This document shows, in pieces, positions 21,770 to 34,300 of a stretch of 64,000 nt of DNA (positions are counted from its first letter, which is position 1; each line of letters starts with the position of its first letter). The stretch lies in assembly GCA_013416795.1 (NCBI GenBank), contig RQSC01000008.1, forward strand, positions 105,503 through 169,502. Direction: 5' to 3'. This DNA comes from Prasinococcaceae sp. CCMP 1430 (Eukaryota; Plantae; Prasinodermophyta). The position numbers and the translations under genes were made by a program. Below the pieces are notes generated by a model. The model saw only the letters and a program-made list of their open reading frames with translations. It did no database searches and had not been told where the DNA came from.

Positions 21770-24700
21770 TCATTCGTCGCAGTCGCTGTCGAGCTCGAGA
21801 CCGTCGTCGCTTTCGCCTCCGGCTCGATGTGCCGCCGCCAGGGCGGGCGAGCGGACATCTCGGACGAGCTCATGGTCAGATTCGCTGTCGCTCTCGCACA
21901 CTTTCTTTTTCAGGCGACGGAGCCTGGGCTTGGGGGGGGGCGTCCCGTCAGTGGCCTCGCAGTCGGCGACAGCCTCATGCGCGGTGGGCACGCCCTCACT
22001 CGCATGCGGGCCCGCGTCTTCGCCACTCGCGCGAAGAGCGTCTGCCTCAGTCAGTGCGTCTTCGACCGGCGGGCGCTCCTCGTGCAATGCGTCGAGCGCG
22101 CCACCGTCTTCGGCGTCTGGGAAGCAGTCGCATTCCTCAGTGATCAGGCCGACGCAGATGCCGCTCCCAGCAGCTTCACTGTGCACGGACCGACCAGCGC
22201 GTACGCGTCCGTCGGCCTCCGCCTCTCTAGCCGCGCCAGCACCCTGCTCGCCTTCGAGGCCGCCTCCTACGCCTGCCTCCATGATGTACTCGACAAGTCC
22301 AGTGTCGCTCGCCGCCTGGAGCACGGGTTCCGCCGCGGCCGCCGCGGCCGTCGCATCGTGCCAAAGGGTGGACTCGGGGTGCGCCTTGCGGAGGATGTCC
22401 GCAGTCTCGCAGCCTTTGGGCTGCGGGCGTTCTGGAGGTTTGATCTTGAAGAGCTCCTTAATCTCGTCCTTTGCGAAGTGTCGGGTCGAGCTCTCAGAGG
22501 AGCCGCCACCACCGACGGCATCGCGGAATTCGCCCTTGAGCAGCTGGCGCTGGTACACTTTTTCATCGATGCTGTCGCGCGCAATCATGCGCACGATGGT
22601 CACGGGCAGCTTTTGGCCATCGCGCCACACTCGACCCATTGCCTGGTGGTCTGTCGCCGGATTCCAGTCGCTGTCCAGAAGCACGAGGTGGTTCCCTCCG
22701 ATCAGATTGAGGCCCACGCCACCCGCCTTGGCAGAGAGCAGGAACGCGCATGGGGGACGCGCGCCTGGCACCGTCGGTGCGTTGAAGCGATCCACCAGAG
22801 TCTGGCGTGTGTCGGCCTTGGTCGAGCCATCAAGCCTCAGAAACTCCATTCCCTCCGAGCGAAGCAACTCTTCCACCTGATTGAGTACGGTCTGGAAGCT
22901 GCGAGCGGGATGCCAGGACAAAGAACAGTATCAGCACAGCACACGCGCACACTGTCGCATACGCGCGCACCGACGCACACACGGCCGGCCCCACGCACGC
23001 GCGGACACGCACACCCATGCACGAGCGCACGCACTTGCTCACGACCACAGATCGCTCATTGCGCTCGTTCGCGGCTCGAAGCATTGCGAGCAGCACGGCC
23101 GCCTTTCCACCCTCCATGCCCCCCGCCGCGGCTGCCTCAGCGAACGGCACCGCGAGCTCCTCGCCCGCGGCGTGCGCCACCTCGATCCCGTCGTCCTGGC
23201 TGAGCAGCACGTCCCCGCCGCCGCAGGGCCCCGAGCACGCGTCTCCGATGCCGAGGGCCGCCTTGAGCGCCAGCGGCGAGGTCGCCATCATGCGCAAGTG
23301 CAGAATGGCTGTCAATGCGTTGTCGCCTGAACGCGCGTACTCGGTGCGCAGGTAGGTGCGGTAGAGGTCCTTCTGCGCGGTCGACATGGCCACGAAGACG
23401 ACCACCTCCCTCTTCGGCGGCAGGAATGCGCGCAAGACCTCTGGTCCACGTCTCAGGAGCAGATTGGAGATGGCTTTCTGCAACTGCGCCGCGCGCGCTG
23501 CGCCCACCTGTCGATCGCGCTCCGAGGCGCCGCGGTCGCGGCTCTTCTCAATCGGTTTGGCATAAAGCTTTCGGAACGAGTCGGGCGGTCCCAGAGCGCC
23601 GGGCGCGGCGAAGTCCAACAGCGCGTACAACTCGAGCAGCTGCCGGTGGCGCAAGTTAAGTGCGAATGAGGCGCAAAGCGCAGCCACGCACACGTCAGCA
23701 ACATACACAAAGCTTGTCGACGCACAGACGCGCGGAGACGCGCGCCGACCGCCCCAGGGCACACGCACATTGTTTTGCACCGGCGTCCCCGTGAGCAGCA
23801 CTCGCCGCTTGCACTGGAGGGCCGCGAGAGCGCTCTGCGTCTTGGTACCCGCCGCGTTCTTGATGCGGTGCGCCTCGTCACACACAAGTAGACCGGGCGC
23901 CCCTTCAGCTACGAGCTTGTAATGGCGTGTGATCTGCTCGTAGCTGATGATCAGCAGAGGTTTCTGATTGGTCTTAGCCCAGTCGACGATGGCCTTCTTC
24001 ACCCGCTCCGGCCCGCCGCCGTGGAGACTGAGATTGTCAATCGTCGTGGGGACCAGCTTTGTTTGACCAAGCCACTTGGAGACCTCGTTGGACCAGTTGA
24101 CAACCAGGGAGGAAGGGCACACGAGCACGACTCTCCGAACAAACGGGCTCCGTGGGCCCTGAGGGCCCTGCTTGAGTAGCGTGTAGAGCAGCGCGATGGT
24201 CTGCAGCGACTTGCCAAGGCCCATAGAGTCAGCGAGGATGCAGCCGTTGAGTTGTGGGTTGACGAAGCCGGTCACGGCGCGATACATGAACTTGACGCCC
24301 GCGACTTGGTGCGGGCGAAGCTTCTTGCCCATGCAGGGATCCACCACTACTGCTGTCTGCGTGTCGGCCATCGCCTCGGCTTCGTTCAGCACAATCGCTC
24401 CCTCTGCGTTGGGATCCCAAGCTGGTTGGGCCTGCTTCGCTTTCGGAGGTCGCGACGCGGCCGGAACGATGCCGCGCGCCGGCACGCGGCCACCACTCAC
24501 CACGCCATTCACCGGCTTCATGGGCATCCTGCGCCCAACAGGAGGCGCCTTGGGACGAATTCCGAGGGCGCCAGCAGCCCCTGGCATCGCGCTTGCTCCG
24601 AGCGGCCCTCCTACGCCGGTGGCGGCCTGCATTCCCCCGCCGGCGAAGCACGCCCCGCTGAGGTACGTCTCCGCGGAAATCCTCTTGACGACCTCGATCT

Positions 24701-25274
24701 CGTTCGAGCCGACGTCAAGCGTGGAGCCCTCCGGCATGTCTTCACACCCCTTGACGTGGTTTGCCTTGGACTTAAGCTTGCCGTCGTCCGCATCCTCGAG
24801 TGTCACTGACCTGCCGATCACGGTGAGGACCCCATCATTCCACGTCTTGTGCTTCTTGGAGGAGCGCTTCGTGTAGAGGACCTCGTAGTACTCCGGATCA
24901 GGCTTCGGCTTGGGCGTGCTGGCCATGCCGTACGCTGGTCGCTGTGGGATGAACGGTTTCGCACGTGCCGCCGCTGCGGGCGATGCTGACGAGCGCGGGG
25001 CGCTGAAGGTGCCCCGCAGAGCCGACACGCCCTGCGCCCCCTCGGGCGCCCCAGGAGCGCTCTGTGCCGCGGCGCCATCGACGGCTCGCGTGGCGCGGGC
25101 GGCGGGTAGCTTCGATGCCCAGGGCTTGGGAGCGGAAGGCACTCGTCGCTGCAGCTGTGCGCCAGCCGGTCGAGCGGCGCCTCCGATGGCCGCATCGCCG
25201 GCCGCGCCAGCAGGTCGCGGCGGGCAGAACTGCTTGCGCGGGCCTCCCAGAGCACCGAGCGCCCGCCGCTTCAT
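21770..25274 (-). CDS. RAD54B: RAD54B/Rdh54-like SNF2 DNA translocase with N-terminal DUF2439-like domain
   Basis: YYEVLYTKRSSKKHKTWNDGVL; LRPHQVAGVKF, CILADSMGLGKS, CDEAHRIKN, LLTGTPVQNN; RLDGST, LSAKAGGVGLNLIGG, DSDWNPATDHQAMGRVWRDGQ. Two GT-AG introns (~23770-23641 and ~23033-22897). Confidence 0.88.
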
Positions 25275-25979
25275 CACGTCGCCGCCGGAAGTGTCTGGAG
25301 GCGTGTGTATGTGTGTGTGTGTGTGTGTGGTGACGGTGGTGGTTTGGCAGATCGGAGGTAGGCGGAGACTTGAGAGCGGCTCGTCCCGCCCTGCCCCGGG
25401 CGGCACGGCGCTCGTGCGTCCGCGCGCGCGGCGACAGTTCGATCTGCCGCGGCCCGCGCGCGCTCCGTCCGCCGCGCGCCGCAGTCGTCGCCGCCGCAGC
25501 AGCCCCCCAGCCAGGGAAGGGGGAGGGATCTGATCGAAGAAGCCCCCTCCCCCCCCACTTCCTCCCACTCCGACGCGCGCGGCGCGCCCTGGCGAGCCCC
25601 AGGCGCGTGCGCCGTGTGGCGCGGCTGCAGCGCCTCCTCCGCGCGCGCGCCTCTGCGCGTTTCGTACGCGCCTCTGCGCGCACGCATCAACCCAAACCTT
25701 TCGAATGAAAAATGGATAAGGGTTTTATGTAAGTAGGGTATAGTATTTACGTCAATATGCATGCGCGGACAGGTGTCCGTTGGATGTCAGCCCGAGGGCC
25801 ATCAAACGAAACGCGGCGCGGTCGCGCGCTCGCTGCCAGCGGTCGCGCGAGCAGGGCCGCACGGGGCGGGGGGGTAAGGGCGCCACAGCGCGCGCGACGC
25901 GGCCCGCAGCGCGCGGCGGCGGCGGCGGCCCGCCCGCGCGTGAAATCTGTGCGCGCGTGCAGCGTCGCGCCCCAGGGCA

Positions 25980-28765
25980 ATGGGCGTGCAAGGCCTTTGG
26001 AAGTGGCTCGAAGCGCAGGGCGCTGCTGGGACCGTGAAGCCCGCGGACATCCCCGCGCGTCTCGACGGCGCAGCCGTTGCTATAGATGCCTCAACGTGGA
26101 TTCTTCAGGCGTTGACCTCGTCGCTCGGTATGCGCGCGCGTGCCGCAGGCGCGTGTGCTGTGCGTCCCCAGCCCTTTGGAACAGCTCGCTGCCCCGTCTA
26201 CATGCTGATGCTCCCACCACCGCGCGTCCTCAAACACTCGCAGCGGGTGCTGTTCGAGTGCCTCATGCCAAGCTGAGCTTCGATCGCCTGTGCACGCTGC
26301 TCGAGTATGGCGCCACGCCCGTCGTTGTGCTCGAGGGCAAAGCGCCCGAGGCCAAGTTCGCCACGCTACAGAAGCGCTACGGCGGCGTGGGTACCGGCAT
26401 CTGGCTCAAACGTGCGGGGCATGACATACGAGAGGTGGCAGAGGCCATGGGAGTGACCGTTGTGCAGGCACCCGGCGAGGCCGAGGCCGCTTGCGCGGCG
26501 CTCGCTGCCGGCGGCACGGTCGATGCGGTGCTGACCAACGACAGCGACGCGCTCTGCTTCGGCGCGACGTGCGTGTGGAAGGAGCTCCGGCTGGACCATC
26601 GTGGGGTGCTGGCGAAGTGCTCGCTCATCGAGTGCACATTGGACAGAGTCGATGAGATGTGCGGGTTTAGTCGCGAGGGCATTGCGCTCATGGCAGCGCT
26701 CAGCGGCGGAGATTACAACATTGGAGGCATCCAAGGGCTAGGCGTGGACTCAGCAGCCGAGATCGCGCGAACCGTCTGCGAGTGGGCGCACGGCCAGGAC
26801 CTGGAACGTCGGATGGAAGCCGCGGGAGGGGACCTCGTTGCTCTCATCGAGGCAGCAGTCGCGCGAGCCCCTGATACTAGCATTTTGTCTATCACGCACT
26901 GCACCAGCTGCCGAACGTGCGGCCACGGCACGACAGGCAAGGCCCTTCACGGAGCGCATGGTTGCGAGGAGTGCGGCACGCACCCGGTGTCGCGCGGAGG
27001 GAACGGCGCAGGTGGCTGTATTCCCATGCCCGAGGGGAGCACGTGCCCGTGCCCCTTCCACAGTCGTGCAGGCGAGCGCATGCTAGCGAAGGCTGCGCAG
27101 CGCATGAAACAATCCCCCGAGGCCCTCAAGCGCATGAAAGAGGCGCAAGACATTTGGCGGGGCCAAGGCTCGGCTGAAGCGGTGGCCGGGCTGCTGCCCA
27201 CGCGCCCGCGATGGCTCGGGCCAGACTTGGAGGAGCTCGAGCGCACGCTTGGCACGCGATTCGGCTGGAAGCAAGCGGCTGTGCGGCGCAAGCTCTTGCC
27301 TCTGGTGATTGAACATTCCCTCCGCATGGCCGTCTGGCAAAAGACGGCCGGTCCGAGTGAGCGGCGAGGTCGCTGTCCGACTCTGTTCGTGCCTATGCGT
27401 ATAAAGAAGGTGCAGGGACGGACTGCCGCGCAGCAGTGGCGCTACGTGGTCGAGTGGAAGGGGCTGCATGCAGCGAGCCAGCGGCAGACACCATGCAGCG
27501 ATGGGGACTTGACGTGGGAAGAAATCATGGATGCTGCCGACGCTCCGAGTCGCTGCGCTCGCATGTCGCTTATGAAAAAGGCGTATCCCCACCTCGTCGA
27601 GACCTTTGAGGAGGTGCACTGGCACCAGCAGGTGGCAGCCAGCAACAAAGGCCGCAAGAAGCAGAGCCTCGCCGAGGCGGCGAAGGAGAGTAAGCGAATC
27701 ACGGACTTCTTCCGCGGGCGCTCCGGTGCCAGACCTGATCCGACTGGTGGCGCGGCAAGTCCCGCGGTGTCTGAATCTTCTTCAGGCCACGTCGTGATCG
27801 TCTCCGAGAGCGACAGCGAAGTTGAGGACGCGATGGGCGCCTGCGGGGGCGCGCAAGGAGCATCCGCGCGAGGTAAGGGTGCGAGTGACAGCACGCGTAC
27901 TCGGGCTGTGGGCAAACGCATGCACACGCGGTCGAACGCGATGGAGCGCGCGAATCCAACTGCCGCTGGCATGGCCGCGGCCAACCTGCGCGCGATCACG
28001 GATGGCGCGGCCGATGGCGGCACCGGCGTCGATGATGCGCAAGTGAGGATGTCCACAGAGGGCACGGGCACGGAGATGCTGGGTGCGGGCGCCCTGTCGA
28101 CTCCACACCTTGCGCCCGCCAAGGGAGGCGTGTTGGACACGCCTGGCTCTGCGGGCAGCGACGGGTCCGCACATAGCGCCTCGAGCACCGACACTGCCGA
28201 GTTGCTCCTGTTCGGTCGACTCACGCCCGTGCGGCTTCGGTCGCCGCCTGCCCAAGAGAGAGCAGAAAACGCCAACACAGGGGCGCGCGACGCACGAGCT
28301 GGTGCCGGTGGTGCGGGCTTGCTTTCCACGCCAGGGGCGTTCCCCTCTGCCGCCCAAGCGCGCGGGTGCGTGGGCCATGAAACGGGCGCCAGCGACGACG
28401 TTCGCAGTGTGGAACCACCATCGCCGACCTCCGAGACATGCCAAGACCACAGCCAAGACGACGCTGCACGCGATGGCAGTGCGGTTGGTGCGCCTGTTCG
28501 GTCTCCTGCCCGCAAGACCCCCCCCGCTCGCCCGGACGATGGCAGCTCGCCGGCAAAGCTCGCGCGACGAGCGGCGGCCGGAGCAGGAAGCAGCGCGCGC
28601 AAGGCCCTTAGCTTGGACGAAGCCGGAGGGTCCGCAGTCGCTGCGCATGGCGACGAGCCTGTGGGGGAGACCCCGCGGCTCGATAGGAAGGAATGCGGGA
28701 AAGCCGCGCTCATTGACCTCACTGAGTCGCCCATAGACTTGACGGGAGCATCGCCGCTGGACTGA
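25980..28765 (+). CDS. GEN1: GEN1-like Holliday junction resolvase (XPG/Rad2 family)
   Basis: Exon 1 25980-26127 (MGVQGLW...IDAS), intron 26128-26243, exon 2 with APGEAEAACA, TNDSDALCFG, SGGDYNIGGIQGLG (H2TH), a Cys/His finger, a chromodomain-like RIKK...YVVEW segment and a long disordered tail. Confidence 0.9.
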
Positions 28766-28830
28766 TCCTGCATTGTATGTATTTTATGTACGCACACGCA
28801 CGCCACATGCACAATTGGAGAGGCTTGCAG

Positions 28831-31041
28831 TCACTCAATGCCGAGGTCTTGTGCGACCATCTTGGACGCGATTGGATGATAGCTCGGGCGCGCCTCCTCA
28901 AACGTTGCGCGCGCAGCGGCCTCGAAAGCGCCGCCGCGCCTCAGCAGCGACCTGTATGTAGGCCTGAGAAACTTCATCCTCCCAGCAGCCTTGACGAACG
29001 CGACAGCCATGGGGATGGCGCCCTCATCGCCTGCGCTCACGCGCAACCTGATCCATAGCAAGCGCACCTCGGAGTTCTTGCGCGCATCCAGCTCGTACGC
29101 GGCCTCGAGCGCCCGCACAGCGTCCAGCGAGAGCGCCTGCATGCCGCGCAGCGCGGCGAGCTCCTCCAGAAAGGCAATGAGCATGTCAGATGAGAAGCTC
29201 GCGATGTCGGCCGAAGAGAATTTGTCCGCGTACGCGCCAGCGCCGCCCATGCCCAGCGGGTCGGCAGTGTGCCACCGCACGGCGAGGTCGCGCGCGTCCG
29301 CGCGCCGGCTGCCATCGAACGTGTTCTCCACGGGCGGCAGCCCCGGGGCGTACAGCCATGCATCCCAGTCCACCCGCGCCGACGCCTCGGGAAAGGCCTC
29401 CGTGTAGGCGGCCTTGAACATGTCTGAGTCGACGGCTTCATATGCGTGCGACGCAAGCCAGCGCTTGAGGAAGGGCGCGAACGCAGCGTCTCCGCCCGCC
29501 TCGCCCTCGAGGTATACGAGGAACGAGAAGCCCTTTTCATACCTGCAGAATGCAAGAAAAATGTCAGCGCCGAGAGCTTCGAGGGCGCAAGCGTGAACAG
29601 GCGGCGCCGCGGAGCGCTACGCACGGAATTCGTGAGAAGGCGTCGTCGGGATCGTTTCCATCGCTGAGGTCAGGCACGAGGCGTGTGTAGTTGTGCTCGG
29701 CGCCGATGGTGGCAACCGTGGCCTTCAGGTCATCCCAACCCCCGAGCGCTTTGAAGTCGAACAACGACGGATCACCGCGCGCCCGCGCGAGTATCTTGCG
29801 CTCGAGGAAGACCGTGAAGCCCTCGTTGAGCCAGAAATTCTATTGCAGCTCGCGGCGACACACACACAAACGTCAGCGCGGTGCACAAATATCAATGTCT
29901 GATCTGGCGGGCACAGCGCTAAAAAGCGCACTCAGGCGGAGACGGTGCAAGCAAAGCGGCGAGCTGAAATGTGGCGTGCCGTTTGCTGTCCAGGGTCGCT
30001 TACACCACGTACCTCCCAGGAGCGGCACCCGACGAGGTTGCCGGTCCACGAGTGGGCCACCTCGTGCGCGACGACGTTGGACAGCGAGCGGTCCCCTGCG
30101 ATGAGCGTTGGTGTGACAAAGGTCAGCTGGGGATTTTCCATACCGCCGTACGGGAACGACGGCGGAAGCAGCAGCAGGTCGTAGCGACCCCACACGTAGG
30201 GCCCAGCAACGGCCTCGCCCGCGGCGAGGAAGTCCTCCGTCTCGGCGAATTCGTACGCCCCGGCATCGACCATCTCAGGCTCGCTCCACACGACCGACCG
30301 TGGACCGATCTCGCGGCGCTCGAGATTGCCCACGGCGAGCGCTGTGAGGTAGGAGGGAATGGGAACGCGCTGCTCGAAGGCGAACGCGCGCGCATCGCCC
30401 TTCACGCCGCCGCCCAGGCGCGCGCGCGCGAGCGCCTCCGCCGCCCGTGCCTCGCCGCTGCTGGCCTCAAGTGCCGTCGCTCCCATCACTGCCACGAGTG
30501 GCGGCGGGGCAAATACCACCGCGGAGAACGTCGACTTGATTGCAGGGCAGTCCTGGCACACAACGAGTGACCGCGCATGGATCGCCTGGCACTGCGAGAA
30601 TAGGTACGGGTGCTCGCCGCCGGCAGTCTGCGTGGGGGTGAGGAATTGCACGGCGCTACACGTGGTTGAGGTGGTGTAGCGCACACCCACCCGCTCGGCG
30701 CCGGCGGGCACGCTCACGGTGAGGAGCGCGCCCAGTGCGGGCGTGGGGTCCCCGAGCTCGTGCACCGCCGGGGCGACAGCTGCGCCAACGTCGTCCAGCA
30801 CGTCGACGGACGCCACGGCGAGCTCGCGCGTGTCAAGGTAGAGCGTCCGCTCGACAGATCCGTCGTCGCCGTCCGCCCGGGCAAGCGTGAGGGCGGCGTA
30901 GCCCTCGATGGTGCCGCTTCCGAAGTCCGGCGCTAGAGCGTACTCGGCGTGCGCGACCCGCAGCTCGAAGGCGCCGCTCGCCGCGGCGGATGCGAGGCTC
31001 GATGGGTCCACCAGCGGCGGCGGCGCCGCGGCCTGCGCCAT
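28831..31041 (-). CDS. LTA4H: Leukotriene A4 hydrolase-like M1 leucine aminopeptidase
   Basis: FSQCQAIHARS, YGGMENP, VAHEVAHSW (HEXXH), WLNEG, PYEKG, GRMKFLRP; two introns (~30010-29841 and ~29625-29543). Confidence 0.93.
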
Positions 31042-31357
31042 GGCCGCGCGGGGCGCAGCTCGGGCGCAGCGCGTGCGCAAGGCGCGCGAGGCGCACGCCG
31101 CGCGCGTCGCGCGCGTCGTGCGTGCCACGCGCATCGTGTGCCTCTGTCCCTCCCCTGGCGTGGGCGTGTGCAGCGCGCGTGCCGTGCGCCAAGACTTTTT
31201 TCTTTGCGCGTGTTTCGGCGGATGGAGGGGCTCCTGTTCGCGATGATGTTATTAAAGGTTGCGGCTAAGCTGCGAGCTACTCCGGCGATGGCGCCCCGGG
31301 CGGCGGCGGCACGCCCGCAGGAGGGACGCCCACGGGAGGGGCTCCAGGCGGCGGCAA

Positions 31358-34300
31358 CTACGGCGGCGGTGCGACGGCGGTGGTCGCTGCAATGCTCACC
31401 ACCTCGCCCGCGTTGGGCGCCGCCTGCAAGGCGGCCGTCTCAGCAAAGTCCTGCGCGACGACGTGGATGTTGTACGCAGTGCTCGCGCTGAGCCCCGTAA
31501 TGGTGTGCTCGTGCGGCACGGCCTCTGTGAGCTTGTACGGATGCGAGGTAAACGAGCCTGCCGTCACGGCGCTTGGCACGGTACCCTCGAGCACCGCACG
31601 CACCTCGGGCGCGGAGGAGGTGCTCGGCAGCACCGCGTAGTACACCTCGCCGGGCTCAGAGAGCTGCGTTGCGATCGTGACGGTGGTCTCGGTCACCTTG
31701 AGCGTGACCGCGAACGGCGCCGTCGTCTCCTTAGTGCTGGCGACGGCAGCAACGACGAAATTAGGAGCAGTCGAGACAATGGCGGGCGCAGGCACGCCGC
31801 TGGCAACGAGGCCCGGGAGCTCGTACTCAATCGTCGGCGGCACGTGCGGAAACCAGTCGTCGCACATGTTGCGGGGCGTGCACGCCCCTGGGCCGTATCT
31901 CTGGATAGCTAGACCGTACGTGGCCACGCTGCCTCCCGCGGTCGCCACAAGCGTCACCATTTGCGTGGGGTTGGAACCCGAGGGGACCTCCTGAAGCGAC
32001 TCGAGCATGATGGACGCGCTCGCACCGTCGCTGAGGTCCGAGCCCTCCCCGCCGTTCCAGTACATGGTGATGTCCACCTCGTCCGGGTAGAAGGCCACGA
32101 CGCTCACGTCGAGCTCAGTGACGAGGGCAGGGATGGCCACGGTGTAGTTCGCCGCGCCCGCCTGCGAATCGAAGCCGAAGTCGAGCGGTATGTCCGTGGC
32201 GGTGTCCGCTAGAGTGAGGGACAGCAGCGTCGCGTTGAGCGCGGCGCCGACGAACTCACGATCTACCACGAAGGTGTACGTCCCCGTCACCCGCGGGTCC
32301 TCCGCAGTCACCTCGAACACAAGCGTGTTGAGGCCGTACGTCAGGGGTAGGGACACGGTACTGGCAACCCCACCGGTGCCGCCGGCAGCGGTGCCGTTGA
32401 TGGTCACCCCGCCGGCATTCTCTTCGACCGTCAGAAAAGTGAAGTCAATGGTTGCCTCGTCGCCACCCACCGCTATGCGGTATTCGCGCACGTCCGCCTC
32501 GAATGGATTCGCATTGGAACACGTGCCGGAAGCACTCGGACCCGCGCCGCACATGAGTGTGCAAGCCGCGCTCGACGGCACGGCGCAGGTGACCGAGTAC
32601 AGCCGCGTGTCGTCCGACAGCGTCGTCACCAGCACTGCGGTCAGTTCATCCTGCACGAGATCCCCGCGGTCGGTCGCCACCACATACACAACCAGTTCAC
32701 TTCCGTGGTACTCTCCTGGCGTGCCGGTGTGTGGCTGACCGGCCAGGCCGAAGACGTCCGCCTGACGCGCGTCGCACGCGGCTGTCCGTCAGCGCGGGCA
32801 GTCTATGCGATATGATTCATCCCGCTTCCACCCCCCTCATCCCGCGGGCACTAGCTGAGCCGCGGGTGCGCGGGGGCGCGCGCACACCCGCACGCCGCCT
32901 GCAATGACAGCGCGCGCACGCGCGCCATCGGTAACTCACCTTGAAGAGCACTCCAGCGCTCACGACGTCGATCGATCCAGACTTGAAGAGCGCGGCACCT
33001 GTGGGTGCGGTTGCAGCCTTGACTTCACTCACCGTCGGGGCGGTGTCGCTCGACAGCAGGACTGCGTAGTGAACCGTCGCTGGTTCGTCGAGCTGCACCT
33101 CCACCTGCAAACTGTTCGAATACACCGACGCCACCGACGGGTAGCCCGGATCGAAAAGCGGCGCGCTGTTATCGGGCGCGACGACCGAGGTGAAGGCCGA
33201 CACAATCTGCGAATACTGTGAGGATGTTGGGGTCGCGGAGTCGGACGCGATGACGTAAATATCATACACGCCCTTCTCAGACAGGTCCGTCTCGAGACCG
33301 CTGAAGGAGGCGTAGTCGATTCCAGACGAATATCCGTCTACCTGCCCGTCGCCAGATGCCAGCGCGGCGGTGTCCGTGGCATCGTTACCAGCATACACCT
33401 GCGCGGGAGAGGGTTCGTCGCTGCCCGCGGCCAGAACCACGTACCACACGTACACGGACGAGCGCGACGCCTCAACACGCAGTCCGATGTCGCTGGAAGA
33501 GGTGAACGACGCTTTCCAAATGGTCGCGGGCAACGTGACAGCGCTGTCGATCCACACGCCGCCATGGCTAGAATCCTGCGCCGACAGGTATGTGTAGGCT
33601 GTGGTCTGACCGGGGCTCACCAGCGTGCTCACGACGGTGTCAGCGATGGGAACATCCACAGTTCCGCTCGCGAGAAGGTTGGCCTCCGCGTCGATGTCGG
33701 TCAATGTGACGGTCGTGGCGACCGAATACACGGCGTAATGAACCGTGCCGGGCTCCGACAGTGCCACGCGCAAATCGATGTCCGTCTCGGCGACGGGAGT
33801 TGTGTCGTCTGAGGTCGTGTAGCCCGTCGCCTTGAGCGTTCCATACTTCAGTGCGGTCAGAGTCGGCGGGGTGTTGTCCAGCGTGTACGTCTCGACCAGC
33901 GTCGGCTCGCCCTGCAGGTTACCGGAGGCGTCCTCGGCGACGAAGTAAACGTCATAGTCGGTGCGGTCGTCCAGAGCGGCGAGCGTTGTCTCCGCTACTG
34001 CAGAAAGCGCCGTGCCCACGGTGATGCTGCCTTCAGCGCCGTTCGCGGCACTCGGGGCGTTGCCGCTGCCATCCTCGCCAGCGGCGACATTGGCCGCGGT
34101 CGGTGCCGGCGCCGTACCCTTTTCCACGACGACGTAGTGCACGCTGCCCGGTTCGTCAAGGACAACTTCGAATGTAATGTCATCCCCAGCAGCTGCCCTG
34201 GCGGACACGCGAGGATAGCTTGTCGCGCCCACATCTGTGAACTGTGGCGCAACATTATCCAATGAGCTCGCGCTTTCCGACACCACCTTGCTGTTGCCCG

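Noticed and set aside
26880-27065. Cys/His finger in GEN1 as a novel domain
   Set aside because: A similar CxxC-GH...H...CxxC...C-C finger is known to me from plant GEN1/SEND1 proteins.
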